Assembly (NCBI GenBank): GCA_002633005.1
Contig: NMRA01000230.1
Location: 385,271 to 449,270 of the forward strand
Origin: Phoronis australis
Lineage: Eukaryota; Animalia; Phoronida
DNA length: 64,000 nt
Reading direction: 5' to 3'
Made by a program: the position numbers and the translations under genes. Within the stretch, counting starts at the first letter, position 1. Each line of letters opens with the position of its first letter. Of this stretch, positions 24,990-38,582 are shown in pieces. The notes beneath the pieces were generated by a model. That model searched no databases and was not told the DNA's origin. It saw only the letters and a program-made list of their open reading frames with translations.

Positions 24990-26168
24990 GTACGTAAACA
25001 GGTCGCCCACAGGAGCTACAGTCAGTCGGCCAAAGCTTTTAATTAATTTTTTGACGACAACGTCTTGTTAGAAGCAAACATCGCAATCTCCAAAACTATT
25101 AATGATCACGTGGCTAAGTACTGGTCATTCTAGGTGGTTAGTAAGCACCACTCTCATTAGTTAAAAGGATACCAAACCCGGTTTTGACCTATTAATGGAT
25201 ACTAAAAACGACTTTCCTGTGCAGTTCTCTGAAACAAAATAATGCTCTGTAACCCTTGACAACCCTCAAACGTTTTGAGGAAAATTTGAAAAACTCCTTT
25301 CAACGAGCAAGCGTGACCTACGCTTTTAGCGAATTACACAGTACGACAAATGTGGGAAAAGACCACCAACCAAGGACCATAATGTTCAACCTGTGACATA
25401 CGGAGTATGAATTTTTAATTGATTCTTGCCTTTTACTTGAAAATTGGCGCCAGTGATGCATTAGCAGGTGACAGAACGAGGATTGGTTGGAATCATCAAA
25501 ACAGGGCTTGTGTCCTTTTAAGCAAAGTACCTGCTGCTAAACATTATAGGACATTTGTGCAGTGGAGAAAAACTCCGTCAGTGCCCTTCACGTGGCCTCG
25601 TCACATGAACAGGGTTTTCACTGACTGGTACCTATAAGCCAATCTGGCTGATATGATTTATTCTAGCTAATGAAAAGCTGGGTCCCATACAGAGAGCAAC
25701 TTCGTACTATAACTTTCTATACAAAAATGCACACAAGAACGTTTCCTTTGACTGTCAGCTAACAAATGTAGATATCGTTGAAACTTCCATTTTACGGTCG
25801 AAGGTTATTGTTGGGTGTGGCAGACTTCTTAAAGTTATTAGCTTTGACAAGAGCAACAAAACAACATCCGCTGTGTTTTTATTAATTTATTACAAATCAC
25901 CAATTATTGCATCTAAATGACCATTGCTTGGAAACCAAAATCTCATGCTTCTCTTTTCGAATAATGGCTATCCAAATGCATATTTTATGTGGTACTGGGA
26001 GACGTTGGGAATTACAATCCTGTCAGTTGTTAACGCGTACGGGTTTTACACATTAGCGCGTGTATTAAAGAACGCCCCATTAATTGGCACTCAAGTTGTA
26101 CCAAAGACGTAACTAAACAGTCTTTGGTTGTACTAGAAGTGCGTAACTTGTCGTTTTTCTGATCTATA

Positions 26169-26378
26169 CATGCGCGCACCCATTTGGCGAAGTGAGCAAA
26201 AAGGTCCGCCTCAGAGCAACAAAAAGTCGAGAAAACGAGACAAAATTCCACTAAAAAGGCGCAGACGCATAGTGAAGGTGGTACCAAGTTTTTTTTAGTT
26301 CTCCCTCTTCTTTGGTCAGTAAAATGTCCACATCGCCAGAAATTCGAGACCCCATATTAAAGGCTGGGTGCGCGCATG
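26169..26378. mobile_element. MITE, CATGCGCGCACCCA family, 5-bp TSD CTATA
   Basis: TIRs; TSD at 26164-26168 / 26379-26383. Confidence 0.8.
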
Positions 26379-26684
26379 CTATAGAGTTATGACTGTTTGC
26401 AATGACCCGGTTCTAAAGTTTTGACTTTATCAGACTGAGATTAGGAAGTTCTTCGTGCTCTTATTTGTTGTTATTTTAGTATCCCAGGTACGTGCAATGA
26501 CCAGAGTTCTCACTAAATTCAAAATGCAATAACCCTGTCAACAACGGTGGGTTGACGGAACCGTAAGTCTCATTTGACCGGTGACCTATGCCACTCTAGT
26601 AACATGGGTATCCTGTACATTGGTGACATGTTGATACTGTGTTTTTGACAAATAATGCCATCATATGTCTCCGTTTGCTTGCAG

Positions 26685-27388
26685 GGGACGGTTGGCCGTT
26701 TGGTGTCAGGTTCCAGAGTCCAATGCCAAACAGGCAGCCATATTTGGACCACGGCCGGAAGTACACAAAACGTATCGAAGACGCCATGAACGATGGACAC
26801 GGTATGTGGTACCTAGAAGCGCGCGAGATCTCACTGCCCCGAACTCTGGAAACGTCCAAACTATTCACTCGCGTGCTTGAGGACCCTCAACAGAGCTCAC
26901 GATTGTGGAAGTTGTCGTTTGTCCCCGCGGAAAATCACTTGATGGACTGTCTAAGAGAATACAAAGACAGCAACGCGGACGCTGTGCTGAAAATTCTCCA
27001 AGTTATCGCCCAGAGGGAGGGTGGTTATTGGGAAGTTTTAGACGAAACTTATCTGCAGATGGTGGTACTGTGGTTTTATAAGAAACAGGCGCCAAATTTG
27101 AAAACTGTTACCGACGTTTTCAAAGGAATGTTAAACAGCCTCATAGAAACTTTGCAAGCCGTCTGTTGTCCCCATTTTCTACTTCCTACCGTCAATGTTC
27201 TGGACAAGCTCGAAAAAAGTAAAGCCAATGGAATTCTAGCGGAACTGAGCTTGTTGCGCGATAGGATAGAAGAAGATACGACGTACATTCTGGAATACAC
27301 TGGATGTATTAAAAAACGTAGTCAGCAAGAACAGGTCGACCACAACGGAAGTCTCGACAGCGAGATTTCATCAGAAAGCGAACAATAA
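26685..27388 (+). CDS. Mab-21/cGLR gene, last exon (helical C-lobe)
   Basis: Acceptor ttgcAG phase 1. Encodes GDGWP...WKLSFVPAE...VLKILQ...YLQMVVLW...CPHFLLPTVNVLDKL, the hallmark Mab-21 motifs (WRLSFxxAE, CPHYFLPxxNL). Stop at 27388. Confidence 0.9.
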
Positions 27389-27607
27389 ACGCAACATCTA
27401 AGCGTGTTATTGAAAGTTACGCTTGGAAACGGGGTTAAGATCCATTACATATATTGCGACTTTAAAATAGAATGTACTAATCATAAGTATCAGAGATGCT
27501 ATCTTCCTGAAGCGGGTCTAGGTAGCGTAAGACTTAGCCTCCACACGGCCAGCGTGAGTGAACCCCCGTTGGCAAAATGTAGATTAGACGCTCTGTTTCG
27601 TGACGTA

Positions 27608-28152
27608 TCTATGGGAGAGGGATCTTTAAATTTCGATTCCATGAAAATGATCCCAAGACTCACTCATTTTTCAATGTTGAATGTGTAGAAATTTCAACCC
27701 ATGAAAATGCAACTCAAAAACAATTGTCACGCTTATGTCGATGGCAGTTTCGTATAACGAATTACCAAAGCTAAGTAAAATCGGCCAATGGGGTCAAAGG
27801 GTGGGCTGTATTCGGGGCGCCAGTTCAGCCGCACGAAAACGAAACTTGTGGGGCGTGACGTTCGAGAGGGGGGGGGCATNATCTATGGGAGAGGGATCTT
27901 TAAATTTCGATTCCATGAAAATGATCCCAAGACTCACTCATTTTTCAATGTTGAATGTGTAGAAATTTCAACCCATGAAAATGCAACTCAAAAACAATTG
28001 TCACGCTTATGTCGATGGCAGTTTCGTATAACGAATTACCAAAGCTAAGTAAAATCGGCCAATGGGGTCAAAGGGTGGGCTGTATTCGGGGCGCCAGTTC
28101 AGCCGCACGAAAACGAAACTTGTGGGGCGTGACGTTCGAGAGGGGGGGGGAC
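27608..28152. repeat. ~270-bp exact direct duplication across a single-N join (likely assembly artefact)
   Basis: atctatgggagagggatc...gttcgagagggggggg at ~27607-27877 and 27881-28150. Confidence 0.75.
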
Positions 28153-29247
28153 ATGAGGACATGAAAGTGGTTGCCGAAGATGGTGACGACAATAGAAGAA
28201 GCACCGAATGCACAACGCATAGGCCTTGAACAAACCTCGTTTTCCGTTTTTTTTTTAGTAATAAGGTCCACGAACCCAAAAATTCGAGACCCTTGCATCC
28301 CTACATTTTAGGCTGGGCACAAGCATGTGGCGAAATTCTGGTTATTCCTGTGCCCTGCCCCCTCCCCCCCAACTCAAAATCCTGGATCCTCCCCTGGCAA
28401 CTACCCAGAATTCTATTCCAACCATAAAAATCTTTTTCGGGTTTAAAATTTAATGCTCACCTAACCGATAGAGGGCGGCATCGACAGTCGAGGGCTGTGG
28501 GATTTAAAACTTGAAAGTTGCAGAATATCGCGGGAAAGAGGCGATGTAAAAGCGCTATCTACCCTCGATGGGGTGAAAGTTGGGGTGACTGGTACCGCTA
28601 TCTTGTGATCCGGGCTCTCGATAATCCATAACCCTGGATACGTCATTGATGAAATCCGATCCATTTTCTAAAATGTTGTTTTGTTTTATCCTGAAATACA
28701 AGGCACAGTGTATGTAAACTTTTTAGATAAATTAGAACAGTTTGCGCTTTCGAATATTTCGTGTCAGATTCAATTCATTAATGAATATAAAAACACATCA
28801 ATAAAAAGATGAGAAATATTATTACATGTAGGTTAATTGACTCGTGCCCCTTTGCGGGGTGTATCAGCACAAAAGTTAAATTTTTAATCACGCATAGGGG
28901 ATGCTCTCTGAAAATTCCCATTAGACGTTGCATTTGATAGTCAAGTGAACGATAAATCATTGTATACTCTTGCATGTCACGAAGTAAAGACTTCTAGAAG
29001 AGTAATTATCTAATTGACAAAGATTTTAATTAACTATTGACCCCATGGCTTGCGCTGCTCAGTCACCGCCCACATAACTACATAGTCAGAAGATGGTTTC
29101 AAAGAAAACCGCAAATATCAAGATTTCTAGAAGTGTCTGATTTTTAAAACGCCTGGAACTCCCGTAACTTCACAGCTTCACATAAAGACGCCGCACCAGC
29201 CTGGTCGCCACAACTTTCTAGATACGCTCTGTAATCGTCATACAGAT

Positions 29248-29512
29248 CATGCGCGCACCCAACCTTTAATATGGGAAGCTCGAATTTCTGACGGTGTGGA
29301 CCCTTTTGCTGACAAAAAACCGGGAGGACTAAAAAAAAAAAAACACGGGGTACCACCTTCAGAACTGTAAACCGTGCGTCTGCGCCTTTTTAGAAGACTC
29401 TTGTCTCGTTTTCTGGGACTTTTTGTTTCTCTATGACGGACCTTTTTGCCCACTTCGCCAAATGGGGGGGGGGGCTCGTTTGAGCCTCCGAGACTTCATG
29501 GGTGCGCGCATG
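29248..29512. mobile_element. MITE, CATGCGCGCACCCA family
   Basis: TIRs; 5-bp TSD CAGAT/CAGAC. Confidence 0.75.
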
Positions 29513-32500
29513 CAGACTTCAAGTTCTCCTCCGTCCGCCACAAATTCCACCCTCGTCGACGCCACTTCTGAAGCGTCCCTTATTTTGTGCGGTGCTTTGA
29601 GTTGTATCTTATTTACCTTAACACTTATTTAGCATGAAGGAAAATCCAGGGCGGTGTTCAGTAGCTGTTTCGCGGATTAAATATTTAGCCAAAAAAAGTA
29701 CTCTCAATGAAAATACAAGGCAGTGTCGCGAAGCCTTGCTTTTTATCGAGGTTCTAGCAAGGTCACAGCGTTACTGAACTCTACCCTGTACTGTGTACAC
29801 ACCTTCTTAGGCAAAATAAATTTTCTGATGCACACTTTGTCTTTATCAACTTTCTTTGTTCGCGAGGGATACGTGTAGTTGCATATATGGCATATACGAG
29901 ACATGTCGCCGAGATCGCTGGATTTTTGCGGTCTGAATGGTGTCTTTTCGAAAAAATCCTGTAGGATTTTTTTGCAGTTGTAGGATAATTTGACCAGGGT
30001 CTATTTATTCAACAGAACTCTGCAGAGGGGTTTCATATTTTACTGACGTTTGGCGTGTTAAAGATATTCTGTTCAATGGATTGTTTATATTGACTCAATA
30101 AATAAACCTTTTGCGTGGCCTGGAACCCTTACTACAGGATTGTTTCCGGTATAGGTCACAACAAATGCATCCCTGCTTACGATCTAACTCTTGCTGGGTG
30201 GGTGTGATATTCAAGTTGTCAATTTTCCAACATTCCAGCAACGCACCCATCACAAATATTGCTAAATAACTTAATAAGGTTGGTAGAGTACAAATTGGTA
30301 GTTTCTTATTTTCAAAATCAGGAAAGCATGAATTCCCTGAGAGTTTCGGCTCATGTTAAAAAAGTGGCCCAGTTATGAACAGGGACGATGGAGGGTATAT
30401 AAGTTGTCTAAAATTTGGAACAGGATTGCTAACTCGCCGTATACAAGGGCTACACTGTAAAACAAAGTGTCCCGTAGTCTGAAAGGAGACACATGACCAG
30501 TTGTAACTTGGCGTAATTGTCCGTTTAAACTCTGTGTAGAAAAATCATCGTCAGGATACAACAGTTTAGAGAAAAGGCTCCTAGCCAGTACTCTGAGAAA
30601 AAAGCATAGTATGCGAAATTTCATATGAGATATGATGTTCCGAAGCGCTTAGTCAACTACTACAAAACCCTGTATATCTTTTTTTACTCTGCGCGTGTAA
30701 TTGTTGTTATTGTTTTACAACTCGATAACTGCACCGTTAGCACACGGTCTTGCGTTCGAGTCCCGGTTGGGGCAGAAACCTTTACAGACATCCACTAGGT
30801 CACTAGTCGCTACAGGTGGCTCGCTGACCAGACTTCATAATGATTACGATATACATTTCCACCCCGGTTTAAGAATTCCATTTCTCACATGACCTGGAAT
30901 GTGTTACGACACGACTGGTTAATAACATCCGAGTACGTATTTTTTAAGTTACATGGGCAAATCACAAAGTAGTGCAAAGTAAAAATCCATACGCCTTACA
31001 TTTTATCGTCTGCAAAACAACGAAACCCGCGGCAACCAAACAATGCCGGAATTCAGTGAAGTGACAAGGTCATGATTGACAAATCGGTTGTCTCAACTGT
31101 ACGTACTCCAGTCGGAAGGACATGCAAACAAGTTCTTAAGCCAACTCATCTTCGGTGGCGATTTCCATATCCACGATTCAAACGGAGATGAACCCCAACT
31201 CAAGAAACGCGGTGAGACTGTTAAGCTGTGCTGTCTCAAGGTCAATTCAGTACTTACGCGAGGGGAAGCCGTGCTGACTGTTGTTTATAAACCAGTGTCG
31301 GATTCAGGGGAGGGGGGGGGCAAGGGGGCCAGGCTCCCCTTGAAATTCTCCCAGATCCCATTTGGCAGTTCGGGGTGCGAATTGCGGATTAGCATATGAG
31401 CGCACCCGGGGTGGTGGGGTCGGGGCGCAAATGCACAATGCATAAGCGCCTGTGTCATAACTTGTCGTGCTGCAGAAATGCAACCTCGACAATTGAGCTT
31501 TTTCTCATTTTCTCGGAGATTGTCTTTGACTGGCAAAACTAATGACAACCCCTGAATGACTAATTTAAGAACTATGTTAGGTGAAAGACCAGTGCATTGA
31601 ATTACGCATCTTATTATAGCGTGTCGATTACACACAGGCGAACATTGTGATAGTCACACCTGGGATTCTGTTATCAAAATTGAATCGATCGCATAGAGCG
31701 AATAGGGTTGACCAATAGCACATTTCCGAGTTTGTGGTAAAAATCGCTGATCTGACCCTGGTGGACTCTCGCATAAGAGAAGTTGGCAGGCTCGTGCCTC
31801 AAATTCAGGTGGCAGTTATTCTCTCGGGTTATTTCTCTCAGGTCCGTATTCCTCCGTCACTAAATTGGGTTTTTTCAATATCTCACTTGAGTGCAATTTT
31901 CTCCGCTTCGTACACGAAAGAATCAAGTGGTGGCCAGCCACCAGGGGTCGTATAGGAGATCTCCCTGACACACCGGAACGTTCGCATGCAGAACATATTG
32001 CCAATGTCAATTGGGGACACTAGAAAGAATGTTTTAAGAACATTTACGCAACTTTATTAGACAAAATGTTAATTCATATCAAATGAATTACAAGTGAAAA
32101 CACTGCGGTGGATAACACTGCACAGGTAAAATACAATACAAAAACCTGTTGTTTTTGAAACGTTCATTTAAGGGGATTCGATATAGTTAGAAGTCAAACG
32201 CTAAGATTTGAGGTACCAAAACCCGGGAAAATTTAACTTACACAGAATTAAAAATCAGTAAACCAAGAAATATAATTAAATACGTTAAACGGACCGGAAG
32301 ATATTTTTGGAATTATAGTTGGATGAGATAGACTTTGAAGTTCTTAGTTTTGACTAGAGCCATAAATGAATAGTATCTGTTGTGTTTTATGATTTGATTG
32401 TAATCAATAACCCATGAAATGTCACTGTTTTGTCAGAGATGCCTTGATGTTCAGGCGGCTGTAACGGAAAACTAATTCGGTGACATCCAGTTTTTCAGAT

Positions 32501-33593
32501 TTCAATTAGATTAATAACAAAATACAAAGTGAAAGTACAAAATTCGGAGAACTAGGCTAGTCGCTGGTCAGCTCAGCTATGATTCACTTGAGAAAGGCAT
32601 CTTATCTCCTACCTATCCGTCTGCGCTGCCTCTAATGTCAAGATTCGTTTAATATCATCCAGTTTCGGGAAAAGTTCGTTTTATTATGGTCATTCTTTGA
32701 AGGAATTTTTTGAAAAGTTAAAATCCCGAGGTCCCTAGTATATTGTCTGGGCTGTTTCAAAATTTCTTGTTGAAACGCGGCCGGAAGTCCAATTTCTGGT
32801 AGCTGTGGACAATGATACAGATTGCGACCCAAAATGTACACACTTCAACACTTGGAGTTCAACTTCTGTTCCGTGGATCACTCACTCTGCGCGGGCCTAA
32901 TGCATGGTAACATTATTTTTTTTAACGTGGGTGCGTCAGTCATGACGCGCTCCGTCCGTGTAGCATGTACGGGAATGGCAAGCTCCCATTGGTGTTCGGC
33001 TCGAAAAATCGGTGATCGACCTATGGGTGCTGTTTGTGACACGAGACTTAAAATGAAACTGAATGGCTGCTTAACGTATCAACAATACTCCTCACTGAGG
33101 CCGATCAATGAATGTTCCCTACAAACTAAGCAGGGGCACTCCCGAAATAGCTACAATATCAGGGATATTCCTGGACTGCGCCTTTGCGCTAGTAGCGCAT
33201 AAAAATAAAAAGGTGCAAGTACATTGCGGCAGTGCGCCGCCGGGTGCATCTTTTAAAACGCAACACTCTTCCAAAATGCAAGATTCTAGTCAACTTACGA
33301 CCAGTCGGCTAAAACGTGACACTTTACATGGGGTTTCTGTTTCACATATTACCACTTTAATTACACTAAGTATGCTGGCCACATATTTTTGAAAAAAGCC
33401 TCGCATCAGGTGCGCCCAAAGGATACAGAATCAAACCTGGTCAGGAATATCCCTCCAATCTTATAGGAAATCATATACAATAATTATTGGACCACTGACT
33501 ACACAGTCCGATTTCTTATATGACAATCGAAATGTGTTGTTGTTTTTTAAGTTTAACAACGATTTTCATTGTGTAATCAAAGAAATTTATATG

Positions 33594-33882
33594 TTCAACA
33601 GGACTACACGTAAGTTACTAACTAAAATCCTTAAGCCCTCTGGAGTGTCCTGATCCCTCTTGGAGGAACGTTGGAATGATTATAATGGTGGGACAGATTG
33701 TGCTTCCCGCTGTGCTCTCGCTAGATATTATCTATGGTAGCATTCCAACCATTAACTAGCAAGAGCACAGCGGAAAGCTCCATCTGTCCCACCATTATAA
33801 TCATTCCACCATGAGTCAAGAAGAGAGCGAGACACTCCTGAGGGCTTAAGGATTTTTAGTAAGTACCGTACTTCAGTTGAAC
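33594..33882. repeat. ~290-bp imperfect palindrome (foldback element)
   Basis: Arms aaaatccttaagccctc...ggaatgattataatggtgggacaga...gctgtgctct / agagcacagc...tctgtcccaccattataatcattcc...gagggcttaaggatttt around a short loop near 33740. Confidence 0.8.
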
Positions 33883-36800
33883 ACATTCACTTTTCTCTGG
33901 ATGGATAAAGAGTTTTCATTTCAAGATGTTCATTCTGTAGTTAATAGTTGTGGGGAAACTTTCCCATTTTAAGATTAGTCCCAAACAAAAATCTCCTAGC
34001 ATCTCTCAAATAGGAAGGGAAATTTCGATGTGTTTGTTCATAGTTCTCGCCGTCAAGTACTCTTATCCAGTGATTCTGACCCGGATGCAATGCCAGGTCA
34101 CGTGATGCGTAGCATATCGTACTTGGCCAAAACAAGTACCACACTGTGGGATTGTGAGTAACACAGCAATCGATCATCTATTATATAACATGCATCTTTC
34201 ACTCAAACTCCGTCTGCCCCGCTCCACTGCAGACTTTCCTTGCGCCCGTTTCGGCACCGCTTTGGTCCCAGGTAGTGTACCGGCCCTCTGAGGTGCTCTA
34301 TTTTTTTCTCAAGGGCCGTTCTTTTGCGGACGCGGAGGGAGGGTGGTCAGTTTCGTACTGGACTGGGTGACGTCAGTCCATCGGCTTAATTTTACTCCCT
34401 CCGGCTTCCGTAGCGTATATACTTCTTCAGACCTATCGCCGCCAAAGTTAATGATGTCATTAAAAACTACACTCTTCGTTGAGAAAACTTATTCACCGGT
34501 GTTGGAAAATTGGCGTTCATTTCGTTGCAAGTTTTTAGTATTTTAATACCAACAAATCCAACTTTAGAACAAAATTTGATGCTGCGAAGCTGTCATCATA
34601 TCCTGAGAAATATCGCTCAAAGTTTTAGGAAATGTAGTGTGGGCCTGTCACGAGCGCGCTGTTTTCAAAACGGCGACAGACTTTTGTTTGTTGCAAAAGG
34701 CGAAGAATTACGCAAAACTGACGTTTAACAGATTGTTTTGTTTTTTTTCGCCTAAACGGCTGTAACAGTTGATCACCAGATTCTGCTATGCACCCCATTA
34801 TCGGGCGTTAGCTCTACATGTTGATATAAGTTTCACGAGGAAGTGACGAGCTGAGCTACCCGGGTTGTGTAAAATTTCGGTGTGTAACGGAACTCAACAC
34901 ACAGCTACCTACATGTAGCTGAAAGTTGGCGATAGTCTTCATATACTGGCTAGCCGAATTTTACCTTAATCTGTACATTTATGATGTGACTTTTGTGTGA
35001 TATTTTTACTTTGTGTACACTACAGTATTTTTAAAAGCTTCCCTAGTTATCACTTTAAGGAATAGCTGATTACCGTACATTATGTTACGGCAGGGTCAAA
35101 TGTTCTGGAAAGAAAAAAAAATATCTGTGCTGCCTGGGGAGAGAATCCCGCAACCGCACATCCTGCATAAATCTGACAGAAATTCTGATTGAAACTTTAA
35201 AATAAAACGGTCTCACCAAGAAATATTCCTGTCTCTTGCGATAAACACTAATGTTCACTTCAATGTGCAGTTGTTTCCCGTGGATGGGTAACGGCTAGGT
35301 TCCTTATAAACACGGCTGTTGCGTAAAAGTAACTTGTCTTAACTTATCTTGAAGTTACAGGTTTTTGAGACTTGGAATCCGCGCAGTCTCACTTTAAATC
35401 GTTATAAAGGACTGATGATCTTCCACGAAATGGAAAAAGAACAAATTTAAGTAAACACGTGGGCGATGGTCACATTAAAACGGACATATTGTCGTTAATT
35501 GCCCGGATGTAGACACTCTTCAGATGCAGCGCTAACAGTGCTTGCTCCACTTCACTGACCTCGCAAAACGCTATGTCGCCTCCAATGATTAGGACCAAGC
35601 GAAAAATTAATGGCTTACCACTACTCTAGTGTGTTAATGGAGACGTTCGTGTTCAAGTACTTAATTGATGCGTTATCTTTAATAAACGAGAATTTGAACC
35701 GAGATGGTTTTATTCACCAACAATGCAGTACCTGATGGAAGGAGGTGGAATATGTCACATGATTACCGCAGACATTTTGTCGTTTTATTGTGGTGAAATT
35801 GGTTCAGTGGTAAGCCAGTTCGTATGTCCTGCTACTAGAGCCAGTCCAGTCTGTAGTAAGAATTTTTCAACAGTTAAGGCCTTCACATAGCAGTCAGGTA
35901 TAACGGTGTCTTCCTGAGTTACATGTACGTTTAACACGGAATAACACCTAAATTTCAAAAAACAAGAATTACTGGATCTGAAATGTTTAACTGAAAACCG
36001 CAATTTTAACAAACCAACATCACTTGTCTTGGTTAATAACCAAAGTTGTTTAAGTTAAATAGAAATCTCAAAGTACGTTTACCCTTATTCATATTGCAAT
36101 AGGTTGCGCAGCTTCACGAGCTGCGACCATTTAGTCGTAATGAATTATTAATTATTGTGTTTCAAATTATGAAAAGGTGTCTTTTTCATGCATTTCTGTG
36201 TCTGAAATTAAAGATTGACCTTTAAGATTATCGAACCTTTTCCGTAGTGCAGTACGTTAACGCTCCTGTGTCAAACTCAGCCAACATGTCTTTAGATTTT
36301 CGTTTTTTTTTTGGTTTTGGCCTTTATTTGGCACTGGTGACAAGCATGTGATCTCCCGTTGAAGATGTATGCAAGATCCGCCATTCAACAGGGTGGTTTT
36401 TCACGACCCGTTTGCATGCAAAAATGTTACCTTTTTTACAAAATTCCCTACGAGTGGGTGGTTTTCTCTATTCAATTACCCACAAACGGATCCAATTTGG
36501 AAGTTCGAACCTCTACAGAAGGTAAATTTTCCATGTACAAAAATCTACAGAAAGACAGTTCATTTTATCCATACCTCTAAAACTGTAGATACAAAAGATG
36601 TGTTTTACAACACTGCATGGCTTCTTGTACTGGTGTAGGCTTAATGGGTTCCGAACTTCAGTTCTTTAAGATTCCATATTCCTACAAAAGGTGGCGTTTC
36701 CGGAACAAAATTGTACGAAAGGATAACCTTTTGACTGAAGCTCCCTACAAATGGCTCTCTCCTTTCGAATCCACTCTTTGAATGGGTGGGTATACTAATT

Positions 36801-38204
36801 TTATAGATGTGTCCCCAGCCAAGAATATAATCGAATACCCCCCTGAGAGCAGAACTGCAATAACCGAACATGATTGACTCTCAACAGCGTTCAGCATTTT
36901 TCTTGCAAACTTCAGGTAGTTAGCAATTACTATAGCGAAAACTAAAGATTGTACTTGTGAGGTGACATTTATTCGTTAATTGCAGAAAACATACAACAAA
37001 AAAATTATGAACTAAACCAAAACATGCAGGCGAAGAACACAGATTTCACTATCAACAAACACAACTACTGTATATATTTCACAATTCATTTATTATAAGC
37101 GTTACTTTCGTTAAACAAAGCTACGTGTGTTCCACGGATTGCTACATGTACGCATTCCCTTCGTACGCACTACCCAAAACGGGAAATTATTCATCCGCAC
37201 AAAATCTGTCGCAAACTTTCTAAACCGTGATGGAAAATGGGTTTCTTCACCAGAAGAGAACATCAGCGGTGACCCTCAGTAACAAAGAGTGTCAAAATGC
37301 CAACACTTCTGGCAGGGTTGACTAATCCTTGTAGAACTTGACTTCTTCATATAAACCGCCATTGTTCTCTCTTATAGTGGTACAAGTCTATTTCCACGGA
37401 AAACCTTTAGACCATTTGAAGGTTTTCCGATTTATTTAACAATTTCCATTTTAGGTCGTGAGTGCAGAGGAAATATGATGAACAAAGATATCCTACGTTA
37501 CTCAAGCTAAACATTTATTGTTCAGTGAAGGGAGATATAGTTTTCCACGCACTGTGGTCTTGATTGACCTATCGCAAGCTCCGCTCCTGGCGCAATGTCG
37601 ACTAACGAACAGCAAGTTTTACCCGGCAACGTGTTGTTTGTAGGGTAAAATGGCGACTTGGAAATGAAGCCGTGTTAATAATGCTGCGTTCTAAATGGTC
37701 AGTTAAGCCGTCACTCAAAATCCTGGCGATAGGTCAATTGATCATCAGTGAAAAGAACTGTCATATATTCCTCCTATTTTAATAGCACCGATGATTCATT
37801 GACATTACAACCGTTTGCACACCATATAGAGAAAATATCACTAATTAATCTAGTAGTTTGTAAAGTATTTACGTTTAAATAGCAAAGAGTTTTAAATTCC
37901 ATCAGCAGGTAAGAGTGGTAGTAACGCAATCAATCCTATGTAAATTTGAATGACAAAATACCTTGCCACATAAAAACACAGATGATAAAAGCGCCATCTG
38001 ATGTACTTTCCAAAGCGGAGGATCAGAGATGATAACGTTGAGAAATTGCAATCTAAGACAACTAATTTGAAAAAATTCACGTTAGGCCCAATATGAATTC
38101 TCACCCAGTTCACAGCTGTAAGACGAAAGGGTTCAATAAACCTGAAAATATAAGTTATATTCTCAGTGAAGCCCATTAAAACAAATCGGTTGCAATATTT
38201 TGAC

Positions 38205-38582
38205 TTATGTAACGGTGCGTCGAGTTACGGTGCGCTTGAACCAAGCACGGGGCCACTTGAAGCGCTTTTGCGATTTCATCGGAGACGTTTCACCTTCGAC
38301 CATTCTCCCTTTTTCAGAAGCGTCGGCGTGGTAGTTAGACGCCTGCGTGAAGGCCATTAGGACTTTGATGGCGAAACACTCCTTGAAATCCGTCTCGCTC
38401 GTGCAGCAATTCTTCGTGTACTCGGCGCCCATGACGTCATAGCACCACTCACATGCCGTAGCGGCGCCAGGATCTTTGTCGCAGACATTCATGGGCTTCT
38501 CGTTCACAGGGCTGGCGACATTCAATTCGATAAGCCACAACTGAAGTGTCGCAACAATGACAAACATGGCTTGGACAACGGA
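38205..38582 (-). CDS. Secreted six-cysteine peptide precursor (CHH/ITP/HAND-like domain plus KR-flanked FKWPRAWF), exon 2
   Basis: Acceptor ttttttcAG (38584-38583), phase 0. With exon 1 (MK) it gives MKSVVQAMFVIVATLQLWLIELNVA-SPVNEKP... (signal peptide), C-x9-C-x2-C-x11-CC-x8-C, KGR, KR-FKWPRAWF-KR; 127 aa. Confidence 0.85.
   Translation of the reverse strand, partial: SVVQAMFVIVATLQLWLIELNVASPVNEKPMNVCDKDPGAATACEWCYDVMGAEYTKNCCTSETDFKECFAIKVLMAFTQASNYHADASEKGRMVEGETSPMKSQKRFKWPRAWFKRTVTRRTVT

Noticed and set aside
27608-28152. Biological tandem duplication (also 3706-4872)
   Set aside because: Copies abut single-N contig joins, which is typical of overlap artefacts.
31647-32019. Solo LTR (TG...CA)
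   Set aside because: No matching TSD and no second copy in the window.
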